From the NCBI GenBank assembly GCA_033762295.1, contig JANRLW010000120.1:1-18235 (forward strand): DNA of 18,235 nucleotides, written 5' to 3'. The position numbers and the translations under genes are program-made. The stretch's first letter is position 1. Each line of letters begins with the position of its first letter. Shown here one piece after another: positions 15,383 to 18,235 of this stretch. The notes under the pieces were generated by a model. The model saw only the letters and a program-made list of their open reading frames with translations. It was not told the DNA's origin and searched no databases. This stretch comes from Capsulimonadales bacterium (GTDB taxonomy: Bacteria > Armatimonadota > Armatimonadia > Armatimonadales > Armatimonadaceae).

Positions 15383-16268
15383 ACGCGGCGGCGGTCGCGT
15401 CCGCCGCCGCGTCCAGCAGCACCGGAGTTACCCGCTCGGACGGCAATTTCGCGGTCCCGTGGGTGATACATCCCAGACGGTTCGGTTTCGCCGTTCCATG
15501 AAAATCCGAACCGCCCGTCACCAGCAGGTGGTATTTCTGCGCCAGACGGAGCAGTTTGCCGCACATCGCCGTCGTATGCTCGGGATAATACACCTCGATG
15601 CCATCCATTCCGAGTTCCTCCAGTTGGCGAACACGGGTCTCCATCGTCTCGTGCTTCTCCAGTCGAGTTAACGCCGGGTGCGCCAGAAAACATAAACCGC
15701 CCGCCGAATGCACCAGCTCGATGCCTTCCGCACAGGTCAGTTCCTTTTTTTCCACATAGGCCGACCGCCCGTCCCCGAGATACTGTAGAAACGCCTGTTT
15801 CAGGTCCCGGACGTGGCCCTTGCGTAGCAGAAACTCGGCGAAGTGCGGACGCCCGACGTTCGCACCGGGCGGAGCCACCGCTTCCACCTCGCTCAGGGTA
15901 TACGACGTCTTCAGCAGCGTGTTCAAACGCTCCACGATGGCCAGATTCCGGGTTCGGCGGTCCTCCGAAACCGCACGCAACGTGGAATTCAGGGCGGGGT
16001 CCTCGTAACGAATCCCCAGTCCCAGAAGGTGGCACTTGCCCGGCGCCCCCTCCACCGATAGCTCGACTCCGGGGAGGATGCGAAGCGAGGTTCCTTTCGC
16101 CGCTTCCAGCGCTTCGGCGACGCCGGCCGTCGTGTCGTGGTCGGTGATGGCAAGGTACCCGAGTCCGGCGTTCAATGCCGCCCGAACCAGCTGGGTGGGG
16201 GTGTACGTTCCGTCGGAGGCTGTCGTATGGGCGTGAAAATCGACGTAAATCGGCTTTGGCGAGGGCAT
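15351..16268 (-). CDS. PHP domain metal-dependent phosphoesterase (TrpH/YciV-like)
   Basis: DFHAHTTASDG, AITDHD, GVELS, HLLG, GRPH, LAHP and TGGSDFHG motifs. Confidence 0.93.
   Translation of the reverse strand: MPSPKPIYVDFHAHTTASDGTYTPTQLVRAALNAGLGYLAITDHDTTAGVAEALEAAKGTSLRILPGVELSVEGAPGKCHLLGLGIRYEDPALNSTLRAVSEDRRTRNLAIVERLNTLLKTSYTLSEVEAVAPPGANVGRPHFAEFLLRKGHVRDLKQAFLQYLGDGRSAYVEKKELTCAEGIELVHSAGGLCFLAHPALTRLEKHETMETRVRQLEELGMDGIEVYYPEHTTAMCGKLLRLAQKYHLLVTGGSDFHGTAKPNRLGCITHGTAKLPSERVTPVLLDAAADATAAASSRSVVSEVR
15382..15413. terminator. Perfect 13-bp GC hairpin at the HIT/PHP convergence
   Basis: GACGCGGCGGCGG-tcgcgt-CCGCCGCCGCGTC starts on the last base of the HIT stop codon and lies inside the PHP 3' coding end. 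No U-tract. Confidence 0.5.
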
Positions 16269-16276
16269 ATCCCTCC

Positions 16277-16309
16277 CTTATACCATACCTTCCCACCGTG
16301 TGGTACGCT
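16277..16309. promoter_or_regulatory. Back-to-back extended -10-like elements for the divergent PHP and hemW genes
   Basis: Plus strand TGgTACGCT at 16301-16309. Minus strand TGgTATAAG at 16285-16277, which lacks the final T. Confidence 0.4.
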
Positions 16310-16334
16310 GATGGGGAACGCGACGAAAACGCCG

Positions 16335-17465
16335 ATGCAATCCGCCGGAATCTACCTACATATCCCCTTCTGCTCGAAAAAGTGCGGATACTGCGACTTC
16401 AATGCCTATTCCGGATATAAGGACGGCACCAAGCGACGTTATGTCGAGGCGCTCTGCGCCGAAATCGCCGCCGCCGCCGAACCGATCCGCATTCCGACGA
16501 TCTTCTTCGGCGGAGGGACGCCGACCCATCTGGCCGCGGCCGACCTCGTCCGCCTGCTCCGGACCGTTCGGGAGTCGTTTCCGGTCGATCCCGACGCCGA
16601 AATCTCGGTCGAAGCCAATCCCTCGGATGTCGATGCCGGTTACCTCGAAACCTTGCGTACCGGCGGGTTCAATCGGATTTCGTTCGGGGTCCAGACCTTC
16701 AACGATTCCCTGCTGAAAACGATCGATCGCCTGCATACCGGCGCGGATGCCGAACAGGCGGTCGCGCTGGCCCGCCGGGCCGGTTTCGACAACCTGTCGC
16801 TCGACCTGATGTTCGCCCTGCCGCGTCAAACCCTCTCCGATTGGGACCGAACCCTTGATGCCACGTTCGCGCTGGACGTGCCGCACCTGTCGGTCTACGC
16901 GCTGATTCTGGAGGAAGGCACCCCCTTCTTCGCCCGACGAGAACGGGGGCGTTTGCGCCTGCCGTCCGAAAAGGTTGAAACCGCCATGTTCGCCCGCGCG
17001 ATCGAACGGATCACCGCGCGGGGCTACGAACACTATGAGATCAGCAACTATGCCCGTCCGGGCTACGCCTGCCGTCACAACCGGGTCTACTGGCGAAACG
17101 AACCCTATTTCGGATTCGGCGCGGGCGCCGTCGCCTACCGGAACGGCGTCCGCTCGACCAATGTTCGACGCCCGAGTCGGTACATCGAGGTCGTTCTCGC
17201 GGGCGGCGATCTGATCGAGGAACAGGAATCCGTCGCCCCGGAAGTCACCGTCGGCGAAACCGTCATGCTCGGACTTCGCCTGCGCGAAGGCATCGACCTC
17301 ACGGAGTTCGCCCGGCGTTTCGGAAGCGCCCCCGACGAACTTTTCCCGGACGTCGTGCGGAAACATACCGAATCGGGACTGCTCGAAATCGCTGACGGTC
17401 ACCTCCGGTTGACCGCTCGCGGACTCTTCCTGGCGAACGAAGTGATGGCGGATTTTCTTCCTTGA
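16335..17465 (+). CDS. hemW: Radical SAM heme chaperone HemW (HemN-like)
   Basis: YLHIPFCSKKCGYCDF (CxxxCxxC), FFGGGTPT, EANP, RISFGVQ, YEISNY and the HemW-type HNxxYW motif (HNRVYW). Start is ATG 16335, with ATG 16311 as an alternative. Confidence 0.92.
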   Translation: MQSAGIYLHIPFCSKKCGYCDFNAYSGYKDGTKRRYVEALCAEIAAAAEPIRIPTIFFGGGTPTHLAAADLVRLLRTVRESFPVDPDAEISVEANPSDVDAGYLETLRTGGFNRISFGVQTFNDSLLKTIDRLHTGADAEQAVALARRAGFDNLSLDLMFALPRQTLSDWDRTLDATFALDVPHLSVYALILEEGTPFFARRERGRLRLPSEKVETAMFARAIERITARGYEHYEISNYARPGYACRHNRVYWRNEPYFGFGAGAVAYRNGVRSTNVRRPSRYIEVVLAGGDLIEEQESVAPEVTVGETVMLGLRLREGIDLTEFARRFGSAPDELFPDVVRKHTESGLLEIADGHLRLTARGLFLANEVMADFLP

Positions 17466-17467
17466 CG

Positions 17468-17479
17468 TACAATAGGGGC
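17468..17479 (+). promoter_or_regulatory. Putative -10 box for leaderless transcription of the SRPBCC gene
   Basis: TACAAT-aggggc-ATG, a TANNNT box 6 nt before ATG 17480. Confidence 0.55.
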
Positions 17480-18073
17480 ATGCCTGCCAACAATTACCAG
17501 TTCTTTTCGCACTGGACCGCACCCGGTGCGACCGTCGAGGAAGTGTTCGCCGTGCTGAGCGATGTCGAAGGATTGTCCCGGTGGTGGCCCGCCGTTTATC
17601 TGGCCGTCACCCCCGTGCCGGGCGAGACCACGGAAACGCCGACCGGACGCCGGTTCGACCTTCGTACCAAGGGTTGGCTACCCTATACCGTGAATTGGCG
17701 TCTGACCGTCGGTGAATCGCAGCCGCCCGTTCGCTCCGTTATCCTCGCCTCCGGCGATTTCGAAGGACGCGGCGTCTGGAACTTCGAACAGACCGCCGAC
17801 GGCGTCAATATCACCTTCGACTGGAAACTGATCGCCGAAAAACCATTGCTCAAAATGCTGTCTCCGTGCCTCAGCCCGATGTTCGCCGCGAACCATACGT
17901 GGGCGATGGAGCAGGGACAGATCAGTCTGCTTCGGGAACTGGAACGCCGACGCGGGAAAGAGGCCCTGCCCCCGCCGCGTCCGACCACCTGGGAACCGTT
18001 TGCCGTGTTCGGAGCAGTTCTGGCCGTTCTCTTCGGCGTCGGTTTTGCGATCGTCCGACGAAAAAGGCGGTAA
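17480..18073 (+). CDS. SRPBCC / polyketide cyclase-like (START-fold) protein with a C-terminal membrane anchor
   Basis: EEVFAVLSDVEGLSRWWP, ASGDFEGRGVW and FAANHTWAM motifs, followed by a hydrophobic helix and RRKRR at the C-terminus. Confidence 0.82.
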   Translation: MPANNYQFFSHWTAPGATVEEVFAVLSDVEGLSRWWPAVYLAVTPVPGETTETPTGRRFDLRTKGWLPYTVNWRLTVGESQPPVRSVILASGDFEGRGVWNFEQTADGVNITFDWKLIAEKPLLKMLSPCLSPMFAANHTWAMEQGQISLLRELERRRGKEALPPPRPTTWEPFAVFGAVLAVLFGVGFAIVRRKRR

Positions 18074-18089
18074 GCCTGCGCTTACCGCC
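18061..18089. terminator. Hairpin overlapping the SRPBCC stop; intrinsic-terminator geometry on the minus strand
   Basis: Perfect 10-bp stem GGCGGTAAGC-ctgc-GCTTACCGCC (18066-18089) preceded by an A-run, which reads as a U-tract on the minus strand. Confidence 0.6.
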
Positions 18090-18235
18090 GTGTCACTCCC
18101 GAAAGTCCTCGAATTTCGAACTCTCGGGAGGGAAGACCTTCCCCCCCTTCTGTGAAATCCCTATAACCATCCCCAAGGGAGGCAGCCGCCTTCCGAAGAT
18201 AAAGCCCGCGACCCGTCCTGTTCCTCCCTACCACA

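Noticed and set aside
16335..17465. Calling the radical SAM gene hemN (coproporphyrinogen III oxidase)
   Set aside because: The short N-terminus, the His-containing YLHIPFC and the HNxxYW motif fit HemW.
17984..18073. PEP-CTERM or sortase sorting signal on the SRPBCC protein
   Set aside because: The motif is WEP, not VPEP or LPxTG, and the protein has no N-terminal export signal.

Overview
GC-rich bacterial window with 13 credible CDSs and no rRNA, tRNA, CRISPR array or mobile element that I can see. The style of the ClpC N-domain suggests Armatimonadota, which is an inference. The left part holds a 5'-truncated Clp-repeat (ClpC N-domain) protein lacking AAA+ modules, a Gfo/Idh/MocA oxidoreductase and a large secreted EcxA-like metzincin. 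The centre (5939-13459) is a five-gene operon with every junction overlapping: exbB-exbD-exbD, then a 1073-aa protein with a TonB-like N-terminus, a very long disordered linker and a C-terminal PA14 domain where TonB_C would be, then a secreted 11x-ankyrin/Ig/GH27 fusion whose alpha-galactosidase active site is degenerate. This is the best candidate for an undescribed system: a proton-motive-force motor possibly coupled to glycan-binding modules rather than to a TonB-dependent receptor. The right part holds an NAD-dependent epimerase-family gene, an ASCH-HIT pair, a PHP phosphoesterase, hemW and a tail-anchored SRPBCC protein. Two of these genes have -10 boxes positioned for leaderless transcription. 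All family assignments come from motif recognition by eye, not from database searches.
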